NCBI GenBank assembly: GCA_963760795.1
Contig: CAVXEP010000028.1
Coordinates: 1 to 64,000, forward strand
Reading direction: 5' to 3'
DNA from: an uncultured delta proteobacterium
GTDB lineage: Bacteria; Desulfobacterota; Binatia; UBA9968
Length of the DNA stretch: 64,000 nucleotides
Notes under the pieces: generated by a model
What the model saw: the letters and a program-made list of their open reading frames with translations, nothing else
Told to the model about the DNA's origin: nothing
The model's database searches: none
Position numbers and translations under genes: made by a program
Shown here: piece by piece, positions 38,401-48,770 of the stretch
Numbering within the stretch: position 1 is the stretch's first letter
Layout: each line of letters opens with the position of its first letter

Positions 38401-39495
38401 CTATCCCTTCGCTGCCGCGATCTTGTCGCGCACCAACTGGCCCATCTGCTTGCAGCCCAACAGCTTGCAACCGGGCTCTTGAATATCCGCCGTGCGGTAG
38501 CCTTCGTCGAGAACATCTTCGACCGCCTTTTCGATACGGTCCGCCGCCGAGCCCTGGTCAAACGAGTAACGCAACATCATCGCGACGCTGAGTATCGTCG
38601 CCAGCGGATTAGCTTTGTCCTGGCCCATAATATCTGGGGCGCTGCCATGCACCGGTTCGTACATGCCGACTTTCCCGCCAAGGCTTGCTGACGGCAGCAT
38701 GCCGATGGAGCCGGTGAGCATCGCCGCCTCGTCGCTTAAAATATCGCCGAACATATTGGTCGTCACGACGACATCGAACTGCCGGGGATTGCGGATCAAT
38801 TGCATGGCGCAGTTGTCGACCAGGATATGTTCCAACTCGATACCGGCGTAGCCCTCCTCTTTTTTGTGAATGCGCGTCACCACCTTGCGCCATAGTTCGG
38901 TGACCTCGAGAACATTGGCCTTGTCGACCGACGTCACTTTCTTGCGCCGCTTGAGCGCCGCCTGAAACGCCACATGGGCGATGCGTTCGATCTCCGGCGT
39001 GGTGTAGACTTCAGTGTTGACACCGCGCTCGGTGCCGTCGGGAAGCATCGTCACGCCCTTGGGTTCGCCAAAATAAATCCCGCCGGTGAGCTCGCGCACC
39101 ACCAGCATATCAGTACCCTCGACCACCTCCCGCTTGAGCGTCGACGCCGAGGCCAGCGCCGAAAATAATTTAACCGGGCGTAAATTGGCGAATAGGCCCA
39201 ACTCTAGGCGTAACGCTAAGAGCGCGCGCTCGGGCCGGATCGCATAGTCGAGACCATCCCACTTAGGGCCGCCCATGGCGCCGAGCAAAACCGCATCGCT
39301 CTGCTTGGCGAGATTCAACACCGCATCGGTGAGCGGCTTGCCGTGGGCGTCGATGGATGCGCCGCCGACGATGCCGGGCTCCAGTGAAACGGTGAAGCCG
39401 TAAAGCTGCGCTACCTGTTTGAGCACCTGCGTGCCTTCGCCCATCACTTCAGGGCCGATGCCGTCTCCGGGTAAAACCGCGATGTTGTAGTTCAT
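38401..39495 (-). CDS. leuB: 3-isopropylmalate dehydrogenase
   Basis: [47 protein letters not shown]. Confidence 0.95.
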   Translation of the reverse strand: MNYNIAVLPGDGIGPEVMGEGTQVLKQVAQLYGFTVSLEPGIVGGASIDAHGKPLTDAVLNLAKQSDAVLLGAMGGPKWDGLDYAIRPERALLALRLELGLFANLRPVKLFSALASASTLKREVVEGTDMLVVRELTGGIYFGEPKGVTMLPDGTERGVNTEVYTTPEIERIAHVAFQAALKRRKKVTSVDKANVLEVTELWRKVVTRIHKKEEGYAGIELEHILVDNCAMQLIRNPRQFDVVVTTNMFGDILSDEAAMLTGSIGMLPSASLGGKVGMYEPVHGSAPDIMGQDKANPLATILSVAMMLRYSFDQGSAADRIEKAVEDVLDEGYRTADIQEPGCKLLGCKQMGQLVRDKIAAAKG

Positions 39496-41057
39496 GGTCC
39501 CTCTTTTTCCACCACCTGCCGATAGCGTTTACGTTCTTCCAATTTATTGAGCGCGTTGATATACGCTAGCGCGCTCGCCATGATGATGTCGGTGTGCGAG
39601 CCCTGGCCCGAGACGCGGATGCCGGCGTCTTCGATCAAGCAGGCGACTTCTCCCTGCGCATCCGTGCCGCCGGTAAGCGCATTGACCGAGTAGCGCACCA
39701 GCTGCGACTGCGAATCGGTTATTTTGGTGATCACCTTGTAACAGGCATCGACCACGCCGTCGCCCGAGGCATGGTCCATCTTTTCCCCATCGGCGACGCG
39801 CATCTTGACGGTCGCCGTCGGCACCCCGTCGGTGCTCGAGTTGACGTTCATGTAGAGCAGCTCGAACTTATCCGGCCGCCCCGGCATGCGCAGAACTTCC
39901 TCGGCAACGACGGCTTCAATATCCTCGTCGTAAACGTTTTTCTTCTTGTCAGCCAATTCTTTGAAGCGCACGAAGGCGCGGTTCATATCTTCCTTGCTCA
40001 AGTTGAACCCCAGATGCTTCAACCGCTCATCGAAGGCATGGCGGCCGGAATGTTTGCCCATGACCAGTTTATTCCCCGGAATGCCGATGGACTCCGGCGT
40101 CATGATCTCGTAGGTCTGTTTATGCTTGAGCACGCCGTCTTGATGAATGCCGGCCTCATGTGCGAAGGCGTTGTCGCCGACGATCGGTTTGTTGATCGGG
40201 ATCGCGATCCCGGTCACCTGCGACAGCAAACGCGAGCTCGGAAAAAGCTGCTCACTGTGAATGTTGGTGTCGAGGTTGAGATAATTCTTGCGCGTGCGCA
40301 GCGCCATGACCACTTCCTCGAGAGAAGTATTACCGGCGCGCTCGCCAATGCCGTTAATTGTGCACTCGATCTGGCGCGCTCCGTTGTGCACCGCTGCCAG
40401 GGAATTGGCCACCGCCAGGCCCAGATCGTTGTGGCAGTGGGCGCTCCAGATCACCCGATCGCCGCCGGCGGTACGCTCGATCAAATTGGCGATCAGTGCG
40501 CCGAATTCTGATGGAATCGCGTAGCCGGTGGTATCCGGGACATTGAGAGTCTTGGCACCGGCGCGGATCACCTCACGGAAAATCTGCAGCAAAAACTCGG
40601 GGTCGCTGCGCGAAGCGTCCTCAGCCGAGAACTCGACATAATCGGTAAACTGCTTGGCGTAGCTAACCGCTTTGACCGCTGCTTCAACCACCTGTTCACG
40701 CGTCATGCGCAGTTTGTGCTTGAGATGAATATCCGAGGTCGCGATGAAAGTATGAATCCCCGGCTTCTTGGCGCCCTCCACCGCCTTCAGGGCGCGGTTA
40801 ATATCGCCCTCCTGGGCACGCGCCAAACTCACCACCCGCGGCTGGCTGACCTCTTGCGCGACTCGCCGCACTGACTCGAAGTCGCCATCCGACGATGCCG
40901 CGAAACCCGCTTCGATGACATCGACGCCGAGCTTCTCCAACTGGCGCGCGATCACGACCTTTTGCTCCACCGTCATGCTCGCCCCCGGCGATTGCTCGCC
41001 GTCGCGGAGCGTCGTATCGAAAATTTGTACTACGTTATCGTTGGCCATCTGATCCAT
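39492..41057 (-). CDS. leuA: 2-isopropylmalate synthase
   Basis: [37 protein letters not shown]; C-terminal allosteric domain. Confidence 0.96.
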   Translation of the reverse strand: MDQMANDNVVQIFDTTLRDGEQSPGASMTVEQKVVIARQLEKLGVDVIEAGFAASSDGDFESVRRVAQEVSQPRVVSLARAQEGDINRALKAVEGAKKPGIHTFIATSDIHLKHKLRMTREQVVEAAVKAVSYAKQFTDYVEFSAEDASRSDPEFLLQIFREVIRAGAKTLNVPDTTGYAIPSEFGALIANLIERTAGGDRVIWSAHCHNDLGLAVANSLAAVHNGARQIECTINGIGERAGNTSLEEVVMALRTRKNYLNLDTNIHSEQLFPSSRLLSQVTGIAIPINKPIVGDNAFAHEAGIHQDGVLKHKQTYEIMTPESIGIPGNKLVMGKHSGRHAFDERLKHLGFNLSKEDMNRAFVRFKELADKKKNVYDEDIEAVVAEEVLRMPGRPDKFELLYMNVNSSTDGVPTATVKMRVADGEKMDHASGDGVVDACYKVITKITDSQSQLVRYSVNALTGGTDAQGEVACLIEDAGIRVSGQGSHTDIIMASALAYINALNKLEERKRYRQVVEKEGP

Positions 41058-41096
41058 TTAAATGTCTCCTCTACCGTTGTCCGCCAGCCCACCCCG

Positions 41097-41132
41097 AAAA
41101 GAAAACTCCCGCGGCAGGGCCAACGGGAGTTT
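41097..41132 (-). terminator. intrinsic terminator/attenuator between pssA and leuA
   Basis: Minus strand AAACTCCCG-TTGGCCCTGCCG-CGGGAG-TTTTCTTTT; competing partner CGACGGGAGT at 41200-41191. Confidence 0.75.
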
Positions 41133-41158
41133 ATTTCGCCTTTACTCGAGCCGGAAAA

Positions 41159-42019
41159 TTATGGCAACGCTTGCGCCGTCTGCCGTCTCGACTCCCGTCG
41201 TTGCTTAAGCTTGGTTAAGCACCATAACAAGGGCCCGGATAATGTGTACAGTAAGACAATCGCAAAAAACATAATATGCCGTTGGGCAATAATCAGTGTA
41301 ATCAAAATCACGCCGGAAAGAAACATCCATTCCGGGTGCCGTTTCCTCATGTCATTATTTTTCAAACTGAAGTACGGAATATTGCTAACCATCAGAATCG
41401 CCAAACCGTAAATCACCAGAAGAAACGTCAAGTGGCGCGTCGGCGCCCCCTCGAAACCCATATAGTAATACAATATCACCGACGCGGTAATCATCTGCGC
41501 CGCGGCGGGAATCGGCAGACCGACGAAATGATTCTTCGCCGGTCCTTGGGCCTGGACATTGAAACGCGATAGCCGCGCCGCACCACACACCACATAAGTA
41601 GCCGCCGCCAGCCAACCCCAGTTCTGCCAAGGCATAAGAGCCCAGATATAAACCAAAACCGCTGGCGCGACGCCGAAAGCAACCACATCAGCCAAGGAAT
41701 CGAACTCGACGCCGAACTGGCTGGTAGTCCGAGTCAACCTGGCGACATACCCGTCCACGCCATCGAACACGTTGGCGAGCAGAATCAGTAAAGCCGCGTT
41801 GACATACTCGCCGCGAAAGGTCGCGATGATCGAAAAAAATCCGCACATCAAATTGCCGGCGGTAAACAGACTGGGAATCAGATAAACGCCCTTGCGCAAT
41901 TTCTCCGCCGGCATTCTTTGGCGCAAGGTCATGCGGGGTCGCTCACGCCGACGGCGCAGCAACCGCACGTTATGTTTCTCCTCCGGCCGCTCGGGGTCTG
42001 GAGCATTCATCGCGCTCAT
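41159..42019 (-). CDS. pssA: CDP-diacylglycerol--serine O-phosphatidyltransferase
   Basis: DGVDGYVARL..SQFGVEFDSLADVVAFGVAP, ARLSRFN, FVGLPIP. Confidence 0.94.
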   Translation of the reverse strand: MSAMNAPDPERPEEKHNVRLLRRRRERPRMTLRQRMPAEKLRKGVYLIPSLFTAGNLMCGFFSIIATFRGEYVNAALLILLANVFDGVDGYVARLTRTTSQFGVEFDSLADVVAFGVAPAVLVYIWALMPWQNWGWLAAATYVVCGAARLSRFNVQAQGPAKNHFVGLPIPAAAQMITASVILYYYMGFEGAPTRHLTFLLVIYGLAILMVSNIPYFSLKNNDMRKRHPEWMFLSGVILITLIIAQRHIMFFAIVLLYTLSGPLLWCLTKLKQRRESRRQTAQALP

Positions 42020-42672
42020 AGAAACCTCCCGATAATGGTCTCCCCGCCTTTAACACGCTGCCCCTCCGCCGCTTCGATACGACACCCATGAGGCAAATAT
42101 ATATCGATACGCGAGCCGAACATGATCAAACCGAAACGTTCGCCACGGTCCAACATATCGCCGGCTTTCGAGCGGCACACAATGCGCCTGGCGACTGCAC
42201 CGGCGATTTGCACCACACCCCAATTGCGCTCCCGTTCGTCGACCAGATGCAGCGCGTTCTGCTCGTTGACGCGCGAGGCGTCTTCCTTAAAGGCCGGGAG
42301 AAATTTGCCGGTTTGATAGCGCACGTCGTTAACCCTGCCGGCCACCGGCGCGCGATTGATATGAACGTCGAGGGGCGACAGAAAGATGCTGATACGCGTC
42401 ACCGCGTCGGCGAACAAGCCATCGCCATGGACCGGCGCGATGGTGACAACCCGGCCGTCGGCGGGCGAAACCACCAAGCCGTCGCCGGTGGGGATCTCGC
42501 GTTCCGGATCGCGAAAAAATGCCGCGATCCCCAGCGTTAGCAGCGCCAATGCAATACCAGCCATCTGCCAGCGCAACAAGAACGCTAGCAACGTCAGCGC
42601 TGCCGCCGACAAAATCAACGGCCAACCTTCCTTGGCGATTGGCATCGTGCGTGGCCTAGAGCTTTCCCCCAT
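42016..42672 (-). CDS. psd: phosphatidylserine decarboxylase proenzyme
   Basis: FFRDPER, SPADG, DVHINRAP, QIAG, FGSR self-cleavage site. Confidence 0.94.
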   Translation of the reverse strand: MGESSRPRTMPIAKEGWPLILSAAALTLLAFLLRWQMAGIALALLTLGIAAFFRDPEREIPTGDGLVVSPADGRVVTIAPVHGDGLFADAVTRISIFLSPLDVHINRAPVAGRVNDVRYQTGKFLPAFKEDASRVNEQNALHLVDERERNWGVVQIAGAVARRIVCRSKAGDMLDRGERFGLIMFGSRIDIYLPHGCRIEAAEGQRVKGGETIIGRFL

Positions 42673-42684
42673 CAGATCAATCGC

Positions 42685-43701
42685 CTAATTCTTACTTCGG
42701 TCGACCAGGCGATTCTGGCCCAGCCAGGGCATCATCGACCGCAACCCGGCGCCGACTTTCTCCAGCGGATGATTGGCCTGTTCTTTTCTGAGCTCGCTAA
42801 AGTGCGGCGATCCCGTCTTAAACTCGTTGATCCACTCGTCGGCGAATTGACCGGATTGAATGTCCTTTAAAATTTTCTGCATCGCTTGGCGCACTTCCGG
42901 GCCGATTACACGCTTGCCTCGGGTCAAGTCGCCGTATTCCGCAGTGTTGCTGATCGAGTAGCGCATGTTCGTCATGCCGCCCTCGTAGATCAGATCGACG
43001 ATCAGCTTGACTTCATGGACGCATTCGAAATACGCCATCTCGGGCGGATAACCGGCATCGACGAGAGTTTCATAACCAGCATGAATCAACTCGCATAGAC
43101 CACCGCACAATACCGATTGTTCGCCGAAGAGATCAGTCTCGGTTTCGTCCTTGAAGGTGGTCTCGATCACCGCAGCGCGTGCGCCGCCGATGGCGCTGGC
43201 GTAGGCTAAGCCCATCTTGGTCGTATCGCCGCTGGGATCTTGATGTACCGCCAAAAGGCACGGCACGCCGCGTCCCTTCTCGTACTCGCTACGAACCAGG
43301 TGGCCGGGTCCCTTGGGGGCGACCATGAAAACGTTGACACCCGCCGGGGCAACAATTCTCTTGAAATGAATATTGAAACCATGGCCAAAGGCCAAGTAGT
43401 TGCCACTCTTCAATCCCGGCCGGATTTCCTTTTCGTAAGCATCGCCCTGCAACTCGTCGGGCAATAGGACCATGACGATATCCGCCAACGCTACCGCCTC
43501 GGCGGTTTCGACGACTTTGAGGCCGGCGTTTTCCGCCTTCGCCCATGAGCTGCTGCCTTGGCGCAAGCCGACTACGACATCGACGCCCGAGTCGCGCAAA
43601 TTATTGGCATGCGCATGCCCCTGGCTGCCGTAACCGAGCACGGCGACTTTTTTGCCCTTCAACACATTGAGATCCGCATCGCGGTCGTAATAAACTTGCA
43701 T
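42685..43701 (-). CDS. ilvC: ketol-acid reductoisomerase
   Basis: [33 protein letters not shown]. Confidence 0.96.
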   Translation of the reverse strand: MQVYYDRDADLNVLKGKKVAVLGYGSQGHAHANNLRDSGVDVVVGLRQGSSSWAKAENAGLKVVETAEAVALADIVMVLLPDELQGDAYEKEIRPGLKSGNYLAFGHGFNIHFKRIVAPAGVNVFMVAPKGPGHLVRSEYEKGRGVPCLLAVHQDPSGDTTKMGLAYASAIGGARAAVIETTFKDETETDLFGEQSVLCGGLCELIHAGYETLVDAGYPPEMAYFECVHEVKLIVDLIYEGGMTNMRYSISNTAEYGDLTRGKRVIGPEVRQAMQKILKDIQSGQFADEWINEFKTGSPHFSELRKEQANHPLEKVGAGLRSMMPWLGQNRLVDRSKN

Positions 43702-43734
43702 GGAATGATTTCTCCTCTGAACTTTAGGCTTTCT

Positions 43735-43763
43735 ACTATGCCGTTTGACCCGCCCTAAGTCAA
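43735..43763 (-). promoter_or_regulatory. sigma70-like promoter of ilvC-psd-pssA-leuA
   Basis: TTGACT-N17-CATAGT, 34 nt upstream of ilvC. Confidence 0.6.
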
Positions 43764-43944
43764 CGACAAGTATCTGTAACCAAACGAGATTTAGTTAGGC
43801 ATCAGGCGGGCGAACGGAGTCCCCTGATAGCGTTATCGAGCTGATAGACCGCCAACCGATGGGTGCATCGCCATTGGCACGGAGATAACGGTTGAGGGAA
43901 GCGCGGTAATCGGCAACGGATATTGTCGTTCCGAAAGTCCCTAG

Positions 43945-44157
43945 ATCAAACCCGGGCTCGCTGGCGCGGCGGTTAGGCGTGCGATCGTTCAGGGGAATGA
44001 AAATGCCGGTGACACCGTCGAAAAAACTGCCGACGCCATCAAAGAGGCCGGTGCCAACGCCAAGGATGCCGGTGGTGGCGCAAGGGACAAGGCTGTCGAT
44101 AAAGCCAAGGAAGTTGGCAAGAACGCCGCCGATAAAATGAAAGATATCATGACCTAA
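43945..44157 (+). pseudogene. short hydrophilic LEA/CsbD-like reading frame lacking an in-frame start
   Basis: NAGDTVEKTADAIKEAGANAKDAGGGARDKAVDKAKEVGKNAADKMKDIMT-stop; ATG at 43997 is one base out of frame. Confidence 0.5.
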
Positions 44158-44190
44158 CCACGCTACCGGCCCGTAAGCGAGCCCGCCGTG

Positions 44191-44237
44191 AAAACAAAAC
44201 GCCGGCCATGAATGTTCATGACCGGCGTTTTTGTTTT
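44191..44237. terminator. bidirectional intrinsic terminator downstream of ilvN
   Basis: AAAACAAAACGCCGGCCATGAA-TG-TTCATGACCGGCGTTTTTGTTTT. Confidence 0.85.
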
Positions 44238-44270
44238 AGTGAACTGTTGGGACGAATTGACAGCGTCGCG

Positions 44271-44792
44271 TCACGGTTTTAGCAAAGCCGGCTCCCGGCG
44301 TGGCGACGCGGTTCTGGTAGTTTCGCGGGCGATCGCAATCCGGCCGGTGCGGATCAAGTCCTTAATTCCCAACGGCTTGAGCATGTTGATCATGGCCTCG
44401 ACTTTGTCGACATCACCGGTAATTTCAATCGTGTAAGTGAACGGCGACGAGTCGACGATCTTGGCGCGAAAGATTGACGCAATGCGAATCGCTTCGTCGC
44501 GGTGCTCCGGCTTGGTGTGGACTTTGATCAACACCGTCTCGCGGTCCAAAAAGTCGGTTTCGGTATGATCGATGACGCTCAACACCTCGACGACTTTGTT
44601 GAGCTGCTTCATGATCTGTTCAATGATGCGGTCATCACCGACGGTCACGATCGTGATCATCGAAGTCGTCGGGTCCAGGGTAGGCGCCACCGACAAACTC
44701 TCGATATTGTACCCTCTTGCGCTAAAAAGACCTGCGACTCTGGCTAAGACGCCGAATTTATTTTCGACAAGAACCGATATGATATGTTCCAT
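44271..44792 (-). CDS. ilvN: acetolactate synthase regulatory subunit
   Basis: SVLVENKFGVLARVAGLFSARGYNIESLSV ACT domain. Confidence 0.95.
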   Translation of the reverse strand: MEHIISVLVENKFGVLARVAGLFSARGYNIESLSVAPTLDPTTSMITIVTVGDDRIIEQIMKQLNKVVEVLSVIDHTETDFLDRETVLIKVHTKPEHRDEAIRIASIFRAKIVDSSPFTYTIEITGDVDKVEAMINMLKPLGIKDLIRTGRIAIARETTRTASPRREPALLKP

Positions 44793-44804
44793 TCGCTAAC
44801 TATA

Positions 44805-46586
44805 TCAGGCAGGAAGAACCCCCTCGCCTTCATCCACCTTTCTCTTATGTACTGTTCCACCCTTGCGCGCTTGAATGAGTTCCGGCGGGTCTTCGAGCAT
44901 CATTTCATGCTGCGCTCCGCCGGCGGGAATCATCGGATAGCAATTTTCGAACGGATCGGTATGAATGTCCATCAACACCGGCCCCTTGTGCTTTAACCCT
45001 TCTTTGAGAACCCCTTCGACTTCGCCGGGCTTCAGCGCGCGCAAGCCTTTAATGCCATAGGCATCGGCAAGCTTCACGAAGTCCGGCTTATTTCCCAGCA
45101 GACTCGCCGAATAGCGGCTCTCGTAAAATAGGTCTTGCCACTGGCGCACCATGCCGTGCACGCCGTTGTTGAGCAAAACGATCTTCACCGGTAGGTTATG
45201 TTCGGCCGCCACCACCAGCTCCTGCAGATTCATCTGAAAACTGCCTTCGCTGGTGATACAAACCACCTGGCGGTTGGGGAACGCGACCTGGGCGCCGATG
45301 GCGGCTGGGAAACCAAAACCCATGGTGCCCAAACCACCCGAGGTAAGCCACGTGCGCGGCTTTTTTCCTTTGAAATACTGTGCCGCGAACATCTGGTGCT
45401 GGCCGACATCGGTGGCGACGATGGCTTCATGCTTGGTCAGCTCGTAGAGCTTCTCGACAACATACTGCGGCTTGGTGATCTTATCGTCTTGCTTGTAAAC
45501 CAGCGGATGCTCTTTCTTCCAAGCATTGATCTGCTTGAGCCATGGCGCGCGCCGCGCTTTCATTGCGGTCGGGTTACCGTCCAGCGAACGCAACACAACG
45601 TTCATCTGGCGCAGCACCGATTTGACATCACCGACGATCGGAATATGGGCATGAAACGTCTTGCGTATCGACGTCGGATCGATATCGATATGAATGACCC
45701 GGGCCTCGGGGCAAAATTCCGAGAGTTTGCCGGTGACGCGATCGTCGAACCGAGCGCCCACGGCGATCAATAAATCTGCCTGGTGCATCGCCATGTTGCT
45801 CCAGTAGCCACCATGCATTCCCAACATCCCCAAGGATAGCTCGTGGGTTCCAGGGAAGGTACCGAGCCCCATTAGCGTCATGGTCACAGGAATTTGCGTG
45901 ATCTCAGCGAGCTCGCGGACCTCGTCGGCAGCATCGCCAAACACCGCGCCGCCGCCGACGTAGATGATCGCCCTCTTCGCCGTCATGATCGCTTCAGCCG
46001 CTTGCTTGATCTGCGATTTATCGCCGCCGGTGAACGGGCGATAGCCGCGCAAATTGATCTTGTCAGGATATTTGAATTCAGCCTTGGCCATACTGACATC
46101 TTTGGGGATATCGACCAAAACCGGCCCCGGTCTGCCGCTGGTCGCGATGTAAAACGCTTCCTTCACCGCTTGAGCGAGATCGTTCACGTCTTTCACCAAC
46201 ACGTTATGCTTAGTGCAGGGGCGGCTGATTCCGACATTATCGGCTTCTTGGAACGCATCGTTGCCGATCAGATCGGTGGAAACTTGCCCGGTGAAAGCGA
46301 CCAACGGCACCGAGTCCATGTGCGCGTCGGCCAAGCCGGTGACAATATTCGTCATGCCGGGCCCGGAAGTCACCAGCACCACGCCAGCCTTGCCGGTCGC
46401 CTTGGCATAGCCCTCGGCCATATGGGCTGCACCCTGCTCATGGCGAGTCAAGATCAACTGCAAATCTTTGCGCTGGCACAAGACATCGAAAATTTTCAGG
46501 ACGACGCCGCCGGGCAAACCGAAAATAGTTTTCACCCCTTCGCGGCGCAGCGATTCGCAAAAAATTTCTGCTCCGGTAATTTTCAT
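44805..46586 (-). CDS. ilvB: acetolactate synthase large subunit
   Basis: RHEQGAAHMA, TSGPG, DAFQEAD, RFDDRVTG, SGGLGTMGFG, GMVRQWQ. Confidence 0.96.
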   Translation of the reverse strand: MKITGAEIFCESLRREGVKTIFGLPGGVVLKIFDVLCQRKDLQLILTRHEQGAAHMAEGYAKATGKAGVVLVTSGPGMTNIVTGLADAHMDSVPLVAFTGQVSTDLIGNDAFQEADNVGISRPCTKHNVLVKDVNDLAQAVKEAFYIATSGRPGPVLVDIPKDVSMAKAEFKYPDKINLRGYRPFTGGDKSQIKQAAEAIMTAKRAIIYVGGGAVFGDAADEVRELAEITQIPVTMTLMGLGTFPGTHELSLGMLGMHGGYWSNMAMHQADLLIAVGARFDDRVTGKLSEFCPEARVIHIDIDPTSIRKTFHAHIPIVGDVKSVLRQMNVVLRSLDGNPTAMKARRAPWLKQINAWKKEHPLVYKQDDKITKPQYVVEKLYELTKHEAIVATDVGQHQMFAAQYFKGKKPRTWLTSGGLGTMGFGFPAAIGAQVAFPNRQVVCITSEGSFQMNLQELVVAAEHNLPVKIVLLNNGVHGMVRQWQDLFYESRYSASLLGNKPDFVKLADAYGIKGLRALKPGEVEGVLKEGLKHKGPVLMDIHTDPFENCYPMIPAGGAQHEMMLEDPPELIQARKGGTVHKRKVDEGEGVLPA

Positions 46587-46612
46587 GGGACTCCTTAGCT
46601 CCGGCCGCCGAA

Positions 46613-46831
46613 CTAACGGTGCTTGCCGAGCAGCTCCATCATCTTGTCTTTGCCGACAAGCTTAAGTTTTTGGATACGTTTCATTTCAACTTCTTCATCC
46701 GCCGACAAATGCACTTTATGCTGAAATGCGGCAAGTTGCTTCTCAAGGGCTAGGTGCTCATCGTAGTATTTCTTAAGCTCTGGATCCTTATCCAGCAGGG
46801 AGACGATCACCGTTTCTTCACTAATTTCCAT
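46613..46831 (-). CDS. DUF465 (YdcH-like) small coiled-coil protein
   Basis: LYxEH..LEK pattern, KLKLVGKDKM; GGAGG RBS. Confidence 0.75.
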   Translation of the reverse strand: MEISEETVIVSLLDKDPELKKYYDEHLALEKQLAAFQHKVHLSADEEVEMKRIQKLKLVGKDKMMELLGKHR

Positions 46832-46873
46832 AATAGCGGCCTCCTTTGGGAAATCTTAATTCTGAGCGGGCTC

Positions 46874-46902
46874 AATTTAACTTACGGTCAGTAGATTGTC
46901 AA
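46874..46902 (-). promoter_or_regulatory. sigma70-like promoter of DUF465-ilvBN
   Basis: TTGACA-N17-TAAATT. Confidence 0.65.
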
Positions 46903-46918
46903 CGTGGCTTTCTCTTTA

Positions 46919-47665
46919 TTATTTCAACGAGTTAGGGACAAATCCGTGAGTATTTCCGAGGCCCAAATAAGCACCTAAATAGACCGGCACCAGCTGGCCT
47001 AAATCACCCCCGGGAGCGTCGGCAAAGCGCTCAAGCGCTAAACGCGCCACCGCGTGGGCTGCACTCTCGGCACCAGCTTCGCCAATGAGCTGAGCCCGCC
47101 CATCGAACATGCGCAGTAACTCCTCGCGATAACGTTCGGCACCAGCGCCAACAAAAGCGATTGGCGGCGCTAGAGGTGCTGGATCGAAAAGGGTTGCGAG
47201 GGTGGTGATTGCACACGCCCGATCGGCCATCCGGCGCAGCAGGATGCCATCGCGCCGATCGAATAAGGCGGCGTAGACTTCTTGCTTGCGCGCGTCGAGC
47301 AACGGACAGATAGGCCCGGCCAAATCTTGCACACGCGCGGCTTGCGCCTCGAGGCTTGACACCCCAATGACCGGCAAGTTGCCGTCGTAGGCCAAGCCTT
47401 TGACGAGAGCGAGACCGATGCGCAATCCGGTATACGAACCGGGACCGATGGCTATGGCAATAGCGCCGAGCTCAGCAATCCGGCACTCGGCTTTGTCGAG
47501 CACCGCTTGGATTTGCAACAAAACGGTCTCTGAGTGGTTACCCCTAGCACCGGCTAAGCCGATTGAAATTTCGCGCCCATCACCGGCTTCGGCGATCAGT
47601 TGGTCGTCTTCGATTAAAGCAACACCGGCGGTGGTTGTGGAGGTGTCAACGCCCAGTATCCTCAT
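46919..47665 (-). CDS. tsaB: tRNA t6A biosynthesis protein TsaB
   Basis: ILGVDTST, GPGSYTGLRIG, DARKQEVY. Confidence 0.93.
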   Translation of the reverse strand: MRILGVDTSTTTAGVALIEDDQLIAEAGDGREISIGLAGARGNHSETVLLQIQAVLDKAECRIAELGAIAIAIGPGSYTGLRIGLALVKGLAYDGNLPVIGVSSLEAQAARVQDLAGPICPLLDARKQEVYAALFDRRDGILLRRMADRACAITTLATLFDPAPLAPPIAFVGAGAERYREELLRMFDGRAQLIGEAGAESAAHAVARLALERFADAPGGDLGQLVPVYLGAYLGLGNTHGFVPNSLK

Positions 47666-48744
47666 CCACCGACCTGCTTCTCGAAAAACCGCACGATGTC
47701 GTTGTAAAAGGCGTAAACCATCAACAAGGCCAGCAGACAGATACCGACCTGCTGGGCCATCTCGCGCACACGCACCGAGACCGGTTTGCGAATCACCGCC
47801 TCGACCAGAAAGAATAACAAGTGGCCACCATCGAGCACCGGCACCGGCAAGAGATTTAGCACGCCCAAATTGATGCTCAGCACGGCGAGGAAATGGAGAA
47901 AGTTCCCGACCCCCTCTTGGGCCTGCTGCCCGGCCATCTGAGCGATCAGAATCGGACCGCCGATATTCTTGGGCGAGACATCGCCCGTGATCATTTTGTA
48001 AAAAGCCAGGAGCGTAATCTTGATGTAGTCCCAGGTTTGCGTAAAAGCTCTACCGATGGCGAGCCCCGGCTTGCCTTTTTCGATGGTGCCCTGACTGCCG
48101 ATACCAATCATCCAGTCGTCTTTACGCTCGCCAAAAATGTTGCGGCCCTCTTTTTTTGTCGGCTGCACCGTCACCTTGACCGTTTCGCTGCCACGGCGAA
48201 TTTCTAGATTTATAGGCTTGCCCTGACTGCCTTTGATGGTTTGCGATAGCGCCTCCCACTCCGCCACCGTCTTACCGTCTATGGCGACAATCCGATCGCC
48301 TTTGGCGACACCGGCCTGTTCCGCCGGCGACCCCTTCTCCACACCACTGACCAGCGTCGACATTACCGGCACGCCGTAAAAAACAAACACCAGCATGAGT
48401 AGCAAGACCGCCAACATCAAATTAAATCCCGGGCCGGCAAAGACGATGGCGCAACGTTTGAATAGACTCTTGTGCGCGAAGGATCTTTCCCTGTCGGCTT
48501 GAGCAACTTCTTCGTCCGGATCTTCGCCGATCATTTTGACGTATCCGCCCAAGGGAAACGCGCTCAAGGCGTACTCGGTTTCGCCTTTCTTGCGAACGAA
48601 CAGCTTGGGGCCGAAGCCGACGGAAAAGGTCAGCACGCCGACCCCGGATAGCTTGGCGATTAGGAAATGGCCGAACTCATGAAATACGATGAGCAAACCC
48701 AAACCGACCACAGCTGAACCGATCGAATAAAGAACACTTTCCAT
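47662..48744 (-). CDS. rseP: RIP metalloprotease RseP
   Basis: HEFGH, PLGGYVKM, PDZ domain, NLLPVPVLDGG. Confidence 0.95.
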   Translation of the reverse strand: MESVLYSIGSAVVGLGLLIVFHEFGHFLIAKLSGVGVLTFSVGFGPKLFVRKKGETEYALSAFPLGGYVKMIGEDPDEEVAQADRERSFAHKSLFKRCAIVFAGPGFNLMLAVLLLMLVFVFYGVPVMSTLVSGVEKGSPAEQAGVAKGDRIVAIDGKTVAEWEALSQTIKGSQGKPINLEIRRGSETVKVTVQPTKKEGRNIFGERKDDWMIGIGSQGTIEKGKPGLAIGRAFTQTWDYIKITLLAFYKMITGDVSPKNIGGPILIAQMAGQQAQEGVGNFLHFLAVLSINLGVLNLLPVPVLDGGHLLFFLVEAVIRKPVSVRVREMAQQVGICLLALLMVYAFYNDIVRFFEKQVGG

Positions 48745-48770
48745 CGCGATACTCCTCTAGATAAACTCGA

